Assembly (NCBI GenBank): GCA_001244265.2
Contig: CDLV01000013.1
Location: forward strand, 372,001 to 436,000
DNA from: Microbotryum violaceum
Lineage: Eukaryota
Direction: 5' to 3'
Length of the DNA: 64,000 bases
Position 1 is the first letter of the stretch. Each line of letters opens with the position of its first letter. Below are positions 25,509 through 39,587 of the stretch, in pieces. Made by a program: the position numbers and the translations under genes. The notes under the pieces are model-generated. The model ran no database searches, was not told the origin of the DNA, and was given only the letters and a program-made list of their open reading frames with translations.

Positions 25509-25794
25509 GGTGGGGTGGTTTGAAGCTGTGGTGGGTGCGTGGTGGAGTCGAAGCAGTCGCGGAGGGCAGTCGCGGTGGCAGCCGCGGCGCGTTCCAATTG
25601 TCGGCTAGTGGTGTGTTACTATTACTAGCGCTCATAGTAGCTCGTAGTGGGTCGGAGCGCGTGAGCTTGGACCTCTTGCCGGTCTCGGCGCTGTTCGCTC
25701 GACGTCACCCGCTGTTTCCCGCTGTTCCCGCTGTTCCCGCTGCTCACGCTCCTCCCTGTCCTCCCTCTCCCCGCAGCCGAGACCAGACGCGGGT

Positions 25795-27940
25795 ATGCCA
25801 CCCAAACGCAACTACATCGACACCTCCAAACCCAAGACGACGTCCCACTCGCACCCAATCGCGAAACGGTTCAAGCGGTCGCACACATCCACGTCGTCCT
25901 CGCGCCGCGCCGTCTCGCAGCCGATCGGAGCCGCCGGGATCGGCGACGAAACCTCCCGTCTCATCGCAGCCCACCACCAGCAGGAACATGCTTTGGGTGG
26001 CAGATCCTACCTCTCCGTTAGGGACGTGCCCCTCGATGGCTCGGGAACGACCAATCGCGCGCCTACGCTCGTTGATTCGAGTCTTCGAGTCGCAGCGAAG
26101 GCGTTGATGCAGACCATCAAACTGCCATCCCCAACAATAGCGAAGGGGATTAGCAGCAGTCCGAAAAAGACTTCATCGAGCAGTGTTGGATGGAATCCTG
26201 ATCGGGACGCGCAAGCCTCGGCGCAGCATCTGATGGCGCTGAGGGAGTCCATTCAGCAATTGCCGAGCGGGATAGCGAATCGGCTCTTGGCTTTGGTGTT
26301 GCGGGAAAGCACGATCGAGTTGGAGAAAGCCTTCGCGAATGAGAACGCTGGTGTTTCTGTGAGTAGGAAGTGTGGCCACCTACTCGAGCCCCCCCGAGAA
26401 GGTATTTTCTGTTTGCGCCCGCTGACACTCGAGCGAATTTTCCACGGGCAGGTCCTTTCACTCGCGGCGCTCTTCTTGCATCCAAACACGACCAAGCTAT
26501 CCCTCTCGTCCCTCTCAGCACCCACCTTACTCCTATCCAAGATACCCCAGTGCACCTCTCTGACCGATCTCGACCTTTCGACTCACACCCAACTCACCGA
26601 CCCGTCCGTCGCCAAAATTCTCGGCGCCCTTCCGACCCTTCAACGGTTGAACCTGAGAGGCTGCACCAAAGTTGGAGACGCCGCGATTATTGCTTTGAGT
26701 AAAGCTACCGAGTCAAGATTACAAGCGATCAATCTCAACTTGACCGCCGCGACCATCAAGGGCTTGACCGCCTTGTTCGTGAGGTGCTCTGCCCTACAGG
26801 TGCTCAAGATTGCCAACGTCCAGGGCTTGGTACGTTTTGCTGCGGTGGTTCTCACTCAGTATAGCTCTCAGACTAACGAAAAACGTTTCTACAGAACGAT
26901 CGCAACATGACCAAGTTGATCGATGACTCGATCCACGCCGCACTTGGATGGCGGCACATCCCCTTATCCCACCTACGGTGCCTCAAAGTGCGCTCAACCG
27001 ACATCACCGACAACTCGCTCGGGCGGCTACTTTCACTCTGCACTTTCACCTTGGAACGACTCGACATCTCCTTCACGAGCGTCAAATCGCTTGACCTCGT
27101 TTCGAGGGCCTTGCATACGGCGCCCGAATGGAAATTGGAAAAACTCGTCGCTTCGGGGTTGCCCCTCACCCCCGTCAGCTTGCAAGGCTTTTTCGGCCCT
27201 TTGGCGGAAATGAGGACGGAGGATGAGAGGAAGAGGTTCAAGGTGCTAAAACTGGGGTCTATTCCTAGTACGAGTACGAAACAGCCTGGCTTGACGGATG
27301 CGGTCTTACAAGGCTTGATGCCGAGTTTGGTCAAGTTGACCGGATTGGAATCAATTTCCTTCTGTCAGGTAAGGGGAAGAACTTTGAGCACTCGGCATTT
27401 GAATTTTTTGGGTCGTGCTGAACCGTTTGACTTTTCCTCTATAGAACTGGCACCTCGGTCTCGCTCGAGAACCCATGACGTCCTTCATTTCCACCATTGG
27501 CTTCAAATGCCTCTCCCTCGACCTCACCCTCCCTCTCCAATCGCACCACCTCGAAGGCCTCGAACCACCTTGGGGTGAAGATGGCTTCCCATCCATGTTT
27601 CCTTCCGAGGAGGGGTACACGAGGCCAAAGCTGCAGACGTTGGTTTTGGATTCGAGTCGGATCGATGACAGGGCCAGTATTTCGATTGGGTATTGCCACG
27701 ATTTGAGGACGTTGCATCTCGCCGAAACCAAGATATCGAGTCAGTTCCCCAAATAGCTCTCACGAAAGCCGTTTTGAGGCTGACTCTGTTCTCTATTCAA
27801 CTTTACCAGCCGTTTTTCTAGCCCATCTCATGACGACATGTCCCTTGCTGTCGAACCTCAACTTGACTTCGTGCAGGGGCGTTCCGGTCGCGCAGAGGAG
27901 GACCTTCTTCGAGACGTGGGAGAGAGAGCACGAGCAGTGA
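25795..27940 (+). CDS. RNI-like leucine-rich repeat protein (possible cullin-ligase substrate adaptor); multi-exon
   Basis: Repeats LTDLDLS..LTD, LQRLNLRGCTKVGD, LERLDISFT, LSNLNLTSCRGV; N-terminal PTLVDSSLRVAA and LPSGIANRLL resemble BC/cullin boxes. Confidence 0.75.
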
Positions 27941-28259
27941 AGGGGAGGGTAGGATTGGACCGCTTTCAAATGTTGTTGTAACTTATCACAAGCCCGCTAT
28001 GGCTCCCTCCTAGATGAGACTGTCAGAAGTCCACACAGATATATCACTCGAGCCGCAGGAATGATCACGAGGCAGATTCACATTTATTGACAGTATTTGC
28101 GGATTGCAAGACACGAGAGACCGGCGTAACGGATGAACACAGAGGAGCATAAAAACGAAAGAGACCGTTGGTCAGTGCGGGAGAGAAGGAACCAGAAAAC
28201 AAAACCCACAGCACGAGAGCCTCTTTCTAAGCGTCTCTTCTATTCACCCCTCCATTCTC

Positions 28260-30468
28260 TCAATCCCGACGCGAATACTTTGGCGGACCGCTGCGGTGAC
28301 TACTCGCCGAAGAACTGTTCCTCTCATGCCGATTGCCCGAAATATCCCCCTCCCCATCCGAGTCGTTCTCGCGTTGATTCAACCTCGCCTCTTCCCCACT
28401 TCTCCTCTCCGATCTCCTTCTCCCCCCAATCGCCTCTTCCTCATCCTCGTCACTTCCTACGTCAAAGACGACTCTACCATCATCATCTCGATTTCCTATC
28501 CTCTTCAACGCCAAGTTCTCGTCATCGTCGTCGCCATCATCTTCGTCATCTTCATGCTCACCACGGGAGATCGCATCCACGTCGTAATGTTCGGCGTCCA
28601 ACTCGTCCGTCGGTACTTCGTCCGAAAGTGCCAAACGACGATTCCTAGACGTTGGTCTCCAGATCCAAGCGACGGAGAAGAAAACGATCATGTACAAGAT
28701 CGACAACCACCCGTCGACCAAGATCCATTGATACCTCCACGTATCGGGGGCGAAATCGTCGTTGAGGCGATAGGAGAAGGACAGAGCGGAGATGACGAAG
28801 AAGACGAAAACGATTATGGCGCTGAACATGAGGATGCGGTACAGCTTGACGAACATGTTTGTTTTGAAGGATTGGTGACGCGATTGTAGCTCGGCGATGG
28901 TGGTGTTGAGTGACCAAAGGGTCCACATCAGGAAGGTCGTGAGTGAGAGCGAGAGAGGGATCACGCAGAATATAATTTGCCACCTGAAATCGTATAGAAA
29001 CCACGAGTCGTCAGTACCTCTGCAAGTTGTCCTCCTTTTATCTGATTGTACACTTACATGTCAATGCCAGAGCTCTGTCCCGGGTTATCGAACAGGAAAG
29101 AGGTCGTGCCGATCGAGTAGAACGAGCCAAAGACGAAATGGATCATGGCGAGCAAGCGCACGCGTATCATCGTGCTGCCGAGGGTCGGTCGAACAATCGA
29201 GTAGCCCATCGAGACGATGAGGAGGATGAAGAATGAGACCGAGTTGCGGAACGCGTTCAAGGCGGTGATGAAAATCAGGTACGCGACCGTAACGCCCGGG
29301 TGGCCTTTGTCATTGACGTAGGCAAAGTAGCGCCAGACGGCAAACATCTCAATGACGAGGAATACAATCGTCGCGGTGATGTACTTCTGGATGGGCAAGA
29401 GGTCGCGTCGGTGTTGGTAGCACAGAACGAGCCAGATCGCGGCAAAGCCGAGGTAAATCATTGACAAGATGAAGTAGAACTGCGGTGAGAACGCTCCTCA
29501 TCTACATCAGCTCAGTCCTCGACGAGGGTGCGGAAACGAAAGGTATACTCACAAACACTTTGGGGTATTCGGAAGCGGGGAGGTTGCCGCCAAAAGTGTT
29601 TTCAAAGTCGACGACGCCGATATAGGAGCTGTTGTACGAAGACTGCTCAAGCGCGACGGGTACCGATCCTACGCAGTAGTAGCCGGTCTTGGAGACCTCG
29701 TAGCGATACCGATTCAGGGACCACGGGTCATCCTCGGTGTTGGGGTTGTCGAAGCGGACCGAGACGGTGAATATGCGCGCTTTGGGGTCGCTCGAAGCGA
29801 GGGAGGGCGGTGTGGTGATGAAGGTGCCGAGCTCGGCTTCGGTGCAGACTTTTGCTTGGACGGCGGCGAGTGTGCAGATGTAAATTCGCTGTGTGGGAAT
29901 GAAGTAAGCTTCTGTTTCAGAGTTTGACTTGAGCCGTATCCGAGTGTATGTGAACTGACACCGGTGGACCATGCCTTGTCCGTGTCCGGGCTTGCCTGGC
30001 TCTGTTGGTCAACTCCGAGATGTGCGGCATCCTTCCACTCGTACACGACGAGCGCGAGTTGTCCCTTGGACGAGGGCTTGAAGATGACTGATGGGGTGTA
30101 GCATTGTGGGATTGGATGGAGTGAGGTGCGCAGTCGACGAGCGTTGGCGTGATTCGGTTGACGGACGTGGCGCGCAATTTAGAGTCCGACCCAGCCGAGT
30201 GAAAGTGAAACGAAGCGGGTGTCAGCACTAGTGGGCGGCGACACTTTTGAGAGTGAGACTACTCACCTTCGATATAGGCCGGATGTTGTGCCGTGCCAGC
30301 AAACATGCCGTTGCAGACCTGCCTGATCGCGTCGTCGCTCGAGATGAGCACCTGATACGCCTGCCCGGATGTGCTCAGCAGCACGACCATGGCCAGCAGA
30401 GAAGCCAGCGTCGCGCCGAGCCCGAGCCATGCAGGTCGTCCTCGGCCGTGGTGTGGCCGGGTCATCAT
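28260..30468 (-). CDS. PTM1: PTM1 / lung seven-transmembrane receptor (GOST family) protein; multi-exon
   Basis: Signal peptide, KTGYYCV, GNLPASEYPK, DLLPIQKYI, RNSVSFFILLIVSMGYSIVRPTL, WRYQWILVDGW, WIWRPT. Confidence 0.88.
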
Positions 30469-30801
30469 CACCGTGCGTCCGCTTTGGCTTGTGCGGTCGG
30501 TGAGAGCTGAGGAGGCTGGTCGAGAAGGGGGGGCGATGTGACACAGGAGAGCAACTGTGCAGTGCGAGCGCACGCTACACGCAGCCTCACGCAGCAGCAA
30601 CACTGCAGCAGACTGCATCGTCACGCCGCGACTGACACGCCACGCATCAGCGTGGGCGATTGCGTCTGCCGCTCGGACCTCGTCAAAGTTCGCGTCGCGC
30701 GTCATTAATCATTTCTTAACGCGCGTGCGAATCTGTGTTCGCTTGGCTTGCGATCGCTGCCTCTCGGTTCGCTAATAAAACCCAGCATCCAAGAGTGCAC
30801 A

Positions 30802-33053
30802 ATGGCGTCGGACAGCAGCATCGTGGACGGCACACGTCGCAACCGTAACCATGCCGGCCCCAGCCACGAGGATGACGAACATCAACCTCTTCTCCTCACG
30901 CCATCGACAGCCGCGGAACAGTCTCCGCCGCAGCCGTTCCCAGTCCGTCCACCACCGCGGTCAAGCTCGAGCACGATCAACGATCATACCGCGGTGCATT
31001 AACTAAATTCGTACCTTGTTACTTTGCCCACAGCTGCGACAAGTGCTCATCCTGTTTCTGATGCGGTCAGTGAACCTCTGGCCTTTGCGGCTGCTCCCCC
31101 CACTTTACCCTCGATGGCACCATACCGTGACGCGTGACGAAGCGAGGTGATCGATCGCCCGAGTTTGCGGCGCATCCATTCACTGAACGGGCCAACAGTC
31201 GAACATCGCCTCAGCCGCATCTTTTTTCAAGGGAGAGTCTATGTTGACCCTCCACATCACATCACATCACAGCTTCTCCGAACCGGTGGCGTCCCTGGTC
31301 ATCTTCCCCTTCATCTCAAAATTTATCGAGGATCTCGGCCTCACCGACCAGCCCGAGCGAATAGGTCCGTTTCTCCGAGAACGACTCCTGGGAGATTTTT
31401 GCACATCTGACCCACATCGGAATACACCGTCCGCACAGGCTATTATGCTGGCCTCATCGTTCGTTCATTCCTTCGCTACTCGTGCAAGGTTCCCATACTC
31501 AATCCAACCTCTTTCTGCCTATTTGACAGGAGTCACTTTTTGCGCTGACCATGTTCACCACCGTGCTTACCTGGGGCCGCCTCTCGGATCGAATAGGACG
31601 CAAGCCCGTTATGCTCATCGGTTTATCGGGGTTGACGCTTTCCGTCGTCCTTTTCGGGATCCAGAAATCCTTCCTCGGTCTCGTCCTGTGTCGTATGGTC
31701 GGCGGCGCCCTCAACGGCAACGTCGCCGTCATCAAGAGCATCGTCGCCGAGTTGACCGACGCGTCCAACCAAGCCCGCGCATTCTCCTACCTTCCCTTGG
31801 CTTGGTCCATGGGAAGCATCATAGCGTGAGTTGAACGAAGCCCTTCGAGAGACACTACCCTCGCAGGGGCTGACCACCGGGTTTGTCGAGAGCAGACCCA
31901 TCATCGGGGGCTCCCTGGCCGAACCTGCGAGACAATATCCCAACACTTTCGGTCGATATTCCTTCTTCCACGAGAATCCATACTTCTTGCCTTGCTTCGT
32001 CGCAGCACTATTTCCATTCTGTGGTAGGTTTCGTCCGCTCCTTGCTGGGGGAAAGAAACATCATGTTCGAAGTCTGTCTGAACTCCCTTTCATCCTTTCG
32101 CAGGCTTTCTTATCGGTTTCTTCTTCCTCAAAGAGACCTTGCCCTCACGAACAACAACACCATCTAGAGCGCCTCTCCCAGCGCTAGCAGTGATTCGAGG
32201 GTCAAACAAATACGCCACCCGAGTTTCATCAACGGTCCCTCTCCCACCGCACCTTCGGTCCGGCTACGACACCCCCGGATCCGCTTCGATCCAATCCCAA
32301 GACGAAAACGAACCGCCATCCATCTCCTCTCTTTTCACGAATCGCCGTGTCCTAAATTGTTTGGTCACTTACGCGCTCTTGGCGCTACAAACGATTGCAC
32401 TCGATGCCTTGTTCGTGCTCTTTGCTTATTCGCCCATCAAGGTCGGCGGCTTGGCCTTTGACGAAGCCGAGATTGGCAAGGCTTTGGGATTAGGAGGCGT
32501 GTTCACCGTCCTCTTCCAACTCGTGCTTTTCCCTTCTTTACAAAAGCGATTCGGGACCGTCCGATTGTACCGCGTTTTCATGGGTCTGTATCCCTTCGTC
32601 TTTGGTTTGTTCCCCGTCATGGCGACGGCTGCCAGTAAGAAGTACGACGGGCAAGGCAGGGGCGTTTGGCCGGCTTTGGCCTTGTTCCTCTTACTCAAGT
32701 CCATGTGAGTCCTTAAACCCTTTCCGAACCACGATCAGCAAATTGACACCTACTCTCCTCTTCTCAGCGCCAACTGTTCCTACGGCTGCAACATGCTCGT
32801 CATCACTTCCTCCTCCCCCTCCCGCCGTCTCCTCGGAACCCTCAACGGTTTAGCTCAAATGCTCTCCTCCCTCATGAGAGCGATTGGACCGCTCGTCGCT
32901 TCCTCCCTCTTCGTCATCAGTAAGGAGAAAAAAATCCTTGATGGCCACTTGGTTTGGATCGTTTGGGGTTGCGTGGCGGCGTTGGGTTTCCTGAGCACGT
33001 TGAGGTTAAGGGAGGAGACAGCGACTTGGAGAGTATTGGAAGAACGGGGTTAA
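30802..33053 (+). CDS. Major facilitator superfamily transporter (ZIFL1/YCR023C-like, DHA1 clade); multi-exon
   Basis: WGRLSDRIGRKPV (MFS motif A), GALNGNVAVIKSIVAELTD, PYFLPC, LGTLNGLAQMLSSLMRAIGP. Confidence 0.9.
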
Positions 33054-33431
33054 GAGATGATCGATGACCGCCGAAGTCATCTTGGGTAGATTCATACGAT
33101 TCGGTTATGTAGAGCATGCTGTTGTATGAGTAGTGGTACTAGCTCCGTTCTGGATTCCATATCCACCAAGCGAAGAAATGGGACAGGGACCGATTAGAAT
33201 GAGCGTCGGAGGCAAGTTGAAGCTTCTCTCTGCTTTCACATTCTCTCAGAAACCGGGCTTTTCGATGATGTGATGTGATCGTTGCAAAGTAGAAAGACTT
33301 GGGGGTGGACCAAAGAAACAAACAGCTCAATAGAAGACAGATTGGGACGGAGGCAGTAAGCAGGAGAAGGAGAGTTGAGAACGAGTCAGGCTCGTCTTCA
33401 GAAGGACGCTAAGTAGCTAGGAATAACGCCC

Positions 33432-33458
<27 letters not shown>
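33432..33458. repeat. G27 homopolymer in the region 3' of glutamine synthetase
   Basis: 27 consecutive G. Confidence 0.9.
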
Positions 33459-33462
<4 letters not shown>

Positions 33463-33638
33463 CCCACGCAGGGAGGTGAAGTAGAGGAATATACGGTTAG
33501 GAAAAAGGGAGATCGGGGGCCGATCGTTAACACATGTGCTTTTTTAGATTTGGTTTTCTTGATATGAAGCGGGGCGCATACGATGGTCGTTGGGGGAGGG
33601 GAGTAGGTGGGAAGGCGGGGTGTGGAGAGAAGATCCAT

Positions 33639-36273
33639 TTACGAGAGGCAGATGGTCTGGATCATGATGTCGCAGACCTGGTAAGGGTCGATGTTGGAAG
33701 CTGGGCGGCGGTCCTCGAAGTAGCCCATGCCATCTTGTGCGACGGAGCGGGGGATGCGAACCGACGAGCCACGGTTGGCGACACCGTACGAGAAGGAGCC
33801 GATGTGAGCAGTCTCGTGGCGACCGGAGAGACGGAGGTCGTTGTCGGCACCATAGACGGCGATGTGCTCGGCGTGGCGTTTCGAGAGCTTGTCGCACATC
33901 TCCTCGATGACCTTGAGTCCGCCTTCAGCACGAGTGGCCTTGGTCGAGACGTTGGTGTGGCAACCAGCTCCGTTCCAGTCACCGGCGAGGGGCTTGGGGT
34001 GGAACGAAACGGTGATACCCCATTCCTCGGCGATTCGAATCAAGAGGAAGCGGGCCATCCAGAGGTGATCGCCCATGTCCTTGCCGGGGCACGGGCCGAC
34101 CTGGAACTCCCACTGCGAGGGCATGACCTCGGCATTGATACCGGAGATGTTGACACCGGCGTACAGGCACGCGCGGTAGTGGGCCTCGACCATGTCACGG
34201 GCGTAGACCTTGCCGGCACCGACACCGCAGTAGTAAGGGCCCTGAGGACCGGGGAAACCTCCAGCGGGCCATCCGTAGGGTCGAGCGTCGGTACCGAAGA
34301 TGGTGTACTCTTGCTCGAGACCGAACCAAGGCTCATGAGCGGCAGCGGCGGCCATGGTCTTGGAGCAGTTGTAGCGGTGGTTGTGCTTATTGGGAGTACC
34401 ATCGTTGTTGACTGGTCGGAGACGAGAGCGGGGCAAATCAGCAAGTTGGTTCGACGACGCAGCAGAAAGAATATGTCCAGTGCGGGGAAGCATCGTCCAC
34501 TCCCATCCACGGTGACCATATCGCGTGGTGCCGCTCTAGTCACATGTCGTTGTACACCACCGTGACGATGCACCGGCGCCACCGTGCAACAAGCGCAGCC
34601 CGCGCAGAAGCATGTCGCGTGACCCGCGTCATTGACACTCCAAGGCAGCCCGCCCAACGGCACTGCGCGCGGCCGCGCTACGAATTCGGCAATCCGCGGT
34701 CCGTGATCTCGCGCTCCGACTCCTATAGGATGATGACACTTACAAGTCTCGGCAATAACGAGGATGTTGTTGCCGCCACGGAACGGGTCCTTGAAGATCG
34801 CAGCGGGTCGGAGGAAGACATCCGAGTTGTGGCCCTCGGCTTGACCGGTCGACGAGCCGTCGAAGTTCCACTCCTTCAACTCATCAATCGACTTGACGGG
34901 CCCATCAAGGGTCTGAAGAAGGCGACACAAGGAGCGGGCGAGGAAGCGGGGGAGCGCGAGCGCGGGTCAGTTAAAGTACGTTCTTTCAGCGGTAGACACA
35001 ATCGGGAGCGTGGGGAAGACCAAAGTCCGAGAAGCCGTGGGTGTCGCCGTCGTCCGTCGCCGCCGTCGACTCTGGGAAACACTGCAGCGTCTAGCCGACA
35101 GCCTGCGGGAATTCGAGAGTGCTGCAGCGCGCGAAGCCGCGGGACGGGCCAAAATGAGACGTCCCGAACGCCGAAGCTAGTACAAACGTCGTACAGCCCC
35201 AGCCCCAGCTAGCCCAGCCAGGGCAACCCGATGCTACAATGGCCCTCCCTGCCTTGCCCCACAGCCCGGCGGTGTACTCGCGCGCCCGAAGGTGAGAACG
35301 GCCACGGGCAGCCGCGGCCAACCGGACCGGGTCATGGTTGAAACAGGACACTCTCCGTTTCCAAAGATCGTGAGCAATCACCAAGCGCCACTGCTCCCCG
35401 CCGTGGCGACCATCACATCCATCAGCAGCCACAGACTAGGCCAGCCCACAGACAGAAGCGGGCAAATGTCGACCCCGAAGTCGGTCCCAGGCGACCCGAA
35501 CAGCTCGGGTTCGTGAAGCTGTGCACAGCTCAGAACTCGGGGTGACGCTGAGGGATTATCGACGCTCGCAGGGTCGGGTGGGCCACCATGAGCTATATGA
35601 CAAACGGGTGACCCATCGCGCGGGCGATCACTCCAAAGCCCCCGCCAGGCGCGGCTCACTGCGGGAGCGGCTCAAGGCGGCACCGGCGGCAGCGCGCTCA
35701 GGCGCGGGCGAAGACGGCTCGGCAACTGATCCCGAACGGAGCAGGATGATAACGCCTCCCCGCCCATCGGGACGAGCACAGCCATAAAGAGCACACACGA
35801 GGGCGACCAAGTACCGCAGACACAACGAAGGGAGGGCACACTCACGGTCGTCTTGGATCGGAGTCCTCCGTCAGCATCGACCCAGATGTATTCTGTGAAC
35901 GGTGCAAGAGAGCCAGCGGTGCAGCGGAGAGAGGAGCGGTGGGAGCAAGCGGTGAAACGAGCGGGACGTTGGGCGATAAGGCGAACAGGATCACAATCAG
36001 CACTCATTTCGACGGCTACACTTCGGAACAGGCACCCTGTCGTGACTACAGAAGTCTGTTCGGTGAGGTGGACTTACCAGCTTGGATCTTGTCGCCTTGG
36101 GGCAAGTCCATGTACTGTAGGGGGCAGACGCCGGGAAGCGGAGCATCGATCGACGTCAGCTGCGAATTCACGACACACACGACCGACGGATTGCCTACGA
36201 CGCCCGCTCGACAGGCAGCGTTCAGGAAGCGTACCTTTTGGAGCAGGTCGGGGTGGGCGATGTTGGGGTTCAT
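33639..36273 (-). CDS. GLN1: Glutamine synthetase type II; 5 exons
   Basis: [76 protein letters not shown]. Confidence 0.97.
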
Positions 36274-37264
36274 CTTGGGCAAGAAGAGAGAGGTTTGGTG
36301 TGGTGTGGGAGAGATGAGACAAGAAGCAGAGAAGAGGGTGTGGGAAGAGGTAGGGCAAAGACAGCGAAAGTTGCCGAAGGGCGCGCGTCCGCATTCTGGC
36401 TCGTCTTCCAGAGCCAGCCAAAGCCCAGCCTGGGCCACAGCCCCACGGATCTGTTCGGACTTGGTTCACGCCGCCTCCGATTCGCTACGACCCCCGTCTC
36501 CCGTCTCGAATCTTGAGCTCTATCGGCACCGCGGTAATTTCCCAACCGGACGGTCGATCTCACTCGCCAAGTCACCCTATAATCATTTTGGTCCGGACAG
36601 GCTGTAACAACTGACTTGCTCGTCCGCTTGGCGTTTCGAGTTGTACAAATCTATCACAGCCATTCATTCAAATCAGCGAGCACCTCTCACTGTTTTGAGA
36701 TGCACCAATGAAGTACTACTGGTCCGCAGACCCCCTCCGAGACCGAAACGGCGATCTCTCGACGACTTCAAGCGCAACAATACCACCCATGAAATGCACT
36801 GGATCAACTTCCACACACATCGCCGTGTAAAATGCACAAGTAGGGTAGCGTCCGAAAGGCAATCATCATAAACCGATGGAGAAGCCTGGGGCAATTTCAT
36901 GGGGGAAACATTCAAAGCCCGTGGGGTGCGATCGATCAGGCGCGGTGATCTTACCTCCGCCCGCCCGACCCGACAGTCATCTCATTCGTGATACGTAGCT
37001 TATTCCCAGATCTTTTGAGATTGTCGGAGTGGGGTGTGGGGCTGCCTACCTAGCACAATGTCCTGGTGGGTAGCAGCGGGCCATGACAGCAACTGTAGTG
37101 TTCTGCGAGCTATCGACAAGTCATGCCCGAGTCTCTCAAGCAGTGTACGGCGTCCTTGACCGCGGGAGTGCATTGCAGTAACTCGATTCGAGTTGGGACG
37201 ACACCCTGTATAGCGGGCGAAGCGGATAGACTTGGCTTACAGTAACAAGGACAATGAGCGGCTG

Positions 37265-38645
37265 TCATCGCTGGAAATTCATGCTGTATCCTCCACCCGG
37301 CTGCTCGACAAATTTGAAGTTCTCCGTCGACAGACCGAATTTGCCTGCGAAGGAGAATGCCATCCCAGTTCGGCCTTGGCATCAATCCAGCAGCCCTCTT
37401 TCAAACCGGATTGGGTTTACTCACCGAGTACAGTATTTCCCAGATCCTTGAGCTTGCCCATCATCTCGGCCTGCTCTTTCTCTTGCTGTGCCTTGGCTAA
37501 TGGGGTCAAGCGCGTTTGCGCAAATTTGATCTGCTGCTTGAAGGAGGGCGAAAGATCGGGAAGGGAGGACAAGGCGGCGTAGTCTGTAGGATAAAAGAAG
37601 AGCCTTGTTGATACCTATCGCGATTGATCGATCGATGCTTTGATATGTAGCTTACCTTCCAGAGCCGAGGTGAGCGAGGACCAGGTGCCGAGCTGCTCGT
37701 TCGCGAGTGCACGTCGGTGGAGGGCCTTCATGTATTTTGGTTTCTCCTCGAGTGCTATGCGATTGTTGGAACATAGGGTGAGCTTATGTCAGTTGAGACC
37801 AGCCCTCACAGAGAAATTCACCTTCATCGCAGGCCACGACCGCTTCCTTCCATCGTTCCTGTGGGACAACATATTTCGTTGGTCGCAAAGCTCAGGCTTT
37901 AAAACTCGGAGTTCAGACTTCACTGACCATCTTCAAGCAGCATGCGGCCACATTTGCGAATAAGACGGATCTCAACTCGACGAGTTCGACCTCTTCGGGA
38001 TCAGATTCTTGCTCCGCTTCCTTGACCGGCTCTTCCTTGAGGTTGAGCTTGTCGACACCGTCGAGGATGTTTTTCGTCGAGTTTGAGTGTTCCTCGTCTT
38101 GCTTTTGCTCTTCCTTTTGCTTGCCCTTGACGACCTTGACGCCCGGCTTAGTGCGCACGGGCAATTCGACGAGCCCCTCTCGGTAGCAGTCTAGAGCTTC
38201 CTGCCATTGGCCTTTGCCAAACAGGGTGTTCCCTCGGGTTTTGAAGGCGGATGACCGATCGAAGATGTCCTGTGGATGAGATTGGCTTGATAAGCGGCTG
38301 AAGCGATATCTTATCATGTTGGTGAGGAAATAGTGAGCCGGAACTTGCTCTCAGCTCGGAGGGTGTCCACCACACCGAGTCGTCGTGGTCATGATCGGGG
38401 TCGTCTTCGTCCTCTTCCCCATTCTCATCTTGCCCCAACGGTTCTCCTTCGCTCGTACTCGGCTTGGCTCGTTCCCGAGTTGATGGGTTCGGTTGAGCTC
38501 GAGCGGTGGGGGTCGATGACGTGGCTGGTTGTGGTTCCGGTGTTGATTGATCAAAGTCGTCGGTCGAATGAAAGCTATGCGTCGACGACGTGGGCGAGGG
38601 TGGTAGCTCTTCAAAACGGGAAGAGAATGACGACGATGAGTCCAT
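37265..38645 (-). CDS. TTC1-like tetratricopeptide repeat protein; multi-exon
   Basis: KTRGNTLFGKGQW, LFANVAACCLK, YMKALHRRALANE; C-terminal EMMGKLKDLGNTVLGKFGLSTENFKF..GGYSMNF. Confidence 0.85.
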
Positions 38646-39587
38646 GTCGTAACGTGCGCTGTAGCTCTAGCTGGCTATCCTCGGACGGTGCGAAACAAGC
38701 CGGAGGAGGGGTGTCAGCCAATGAGGTGAGCTGATTGGGGCATTTCCGCATTAGTATAAGTGCGACTTTCGCCGTCGAAAGGTCAAAGTTGAAATCCCCT
38801 TTCTTTGCATATGTCATTTTTTCTTTCTTCGAATCCGGTCTCAAACGGGCGACGAAAGTATGCAAACGAAGTGAACTTGGTTGATATTATACAACCACTG
38901 GGGTTTACCAGGTCTGAGCGGGCCTTACAGCCACTGCAGGCTGAGGTCAAGGTCTTGTCCTCAATCGCCTTGCCGATCGATGCATTGGACGAGTAGTCTC
39001 CAACTTTCAGGCGTCGAGCTTCGTCTCGCCTGTCTTATACCGCTGGTGGCTGGACAAGGCGTGGTACTCGAGACATCGACTAAAGCCGAGCATCTAATCT
39101 ACATTTTCCCTCCTCTGAAACCCATTCACCCTCCCCTTGCAGTGCTTCAAACAAACACGCCGAGTCCCCGACGCTTCACCCCCTTTCGGTACGAAATCGG
39201 TCGGCCCAGCTGAGATCGCCGAGTCGCACTGCAGTGCACTGCATGACAGTGCCCACCCGGCGTGCAACTCAATAATACGACCCATGAGACCCGGACGCGT
39301 ACTCAGAAAAATTGAAGTTCTATTCTGATGTACCTCTGAATACTAATGGCCTACTTAAGATTGCATTTATCGGCCGCCGCGAGCGGCGCTGACGAGATCC
39401 GATGTGTCTCCTCAAGGATAAATTGCAAACCCGCTACGGGGGCCTACTCGGGGGCCAACGTTGGCCAACCCCAAAAGTCTACGACGAAATGGCAATTACT
39501 TATGAACAAAGCGGAGAAAGACAGGCGCGGCAGTGTCGACGCGCGTCTCCTTACCCCCACGTCAGTCAGGCCCATTCGCGAGCGCCA

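Noticed and set aside
33534-34565. 343-aa ORF antisense to glutamine synthetase
   Set aside because: Mirror of strong codon bias in a highly expressed gene
39230-39243. 14-bp palindrome TGCAGTGCACTGCA in the TTC1/CDC14 divergent promoter
   Set aside because: Isolated; no factor or function can be assigned from sequence alone
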